Assembly (NCBI GenBank): GCA_032027005.1
Contig: JAVSMW010000003.1
Location: 1-6,577, forward strand
Reading direction: 5' to 3'
Length of the DNA stretch: 6,577 nucleotides
Source: Thermincola sp.
GTDB taxonomy: Bacteria; Bacillota; Thermincolia; Thermincolales; UBA2595
The notes under the pieces are model-generated. The model did not search any database and was not told the DNA's origin. It was given only the letters and a program-made list of their open reading frames with translations. A program made the position numbers and the translations under genes. Below are positions 6,535-6,577 of this stretch, in pieces (positions within the stretch are counted from its first letter, which is position 1; each line of letters begins with the position of its first letter).

Positions 6535-6577
6535 TAAAAATAGTAATTCTAGAATTAAGAATAAGCTTTTTATTTTT
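6535..6577 (-). pseudogene. Upstream continuation of the STAND-like NTPase gene, which enters from the right edge. It includes the right TAAA duplication copy at 6535-6538.
   Basis: With the IS and one TAAA copy removed (6539 joined to 4684), the minus strand reads KNKKLILNSRITIFNEAKERSLEF.. with no stop. ILNSR resembles the hhhTSR/TTR signature that follows Walker B in STAND NTPases. Only 13 codons are visible, so support is weak. Confidence 0.35.

Noticed and set aside
4653-6553. The 9-bp direct repeat AATTCTAGA (4653-4661 and 6545-6553) as the true IS1380 target duplication, or GAATTCTAGAG as a cloning or BioBrick-type scar
   Set aside because: The distances to the inverted repeats are asymmetric (23 nt against 11 nt), and 9 bp is longer than expected for this family. 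There is no NotI or other vector sequence. It may be an internal repeat of the host gene, so it is noted but not used.

Overview
This is an accessory region read mainly on the minus strand, and every recognisable gene in it is split over several reading frames.

(i) 1-1300 has moderate GC. It holds a MerR-type HTH plus zinc-ribbon gene (871->152) with a putative promoter and dyad, and a translationally coupled downstream gene that leaves the window. It also holds a non-coding stretch with two intrinsic terminators and an AAACCACTA repeat set.

(ii) 1300-1880, 3753-4684 and 6535-6577 form one strongly A+T-rich island. Its minus strand encodes the C-terminal part of a STAND-like NTPase, followed by a small acidic ORF and a terminator.

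(iii) An IS1182-family element (1881-3752, perfect 7-bp ATAATAT duplication) interrupts this island.

(iv) An IS1380-family element (4685-6534, TAAA duplication) also interrupts it.

Both transposase genes, the MerR-like gene, the NTPase and the acidic ORF carry many frame switches but very few in-frame nonsense changes. Several switches are pinned to homopolymer runs. Either the locus is a gene graveyard or the sequence carries indel errors, and this caveat applies to every call. No rRNA, tRNA or CRISPR array was seen. All family assignments come from motif recognition by eye, not from searches.
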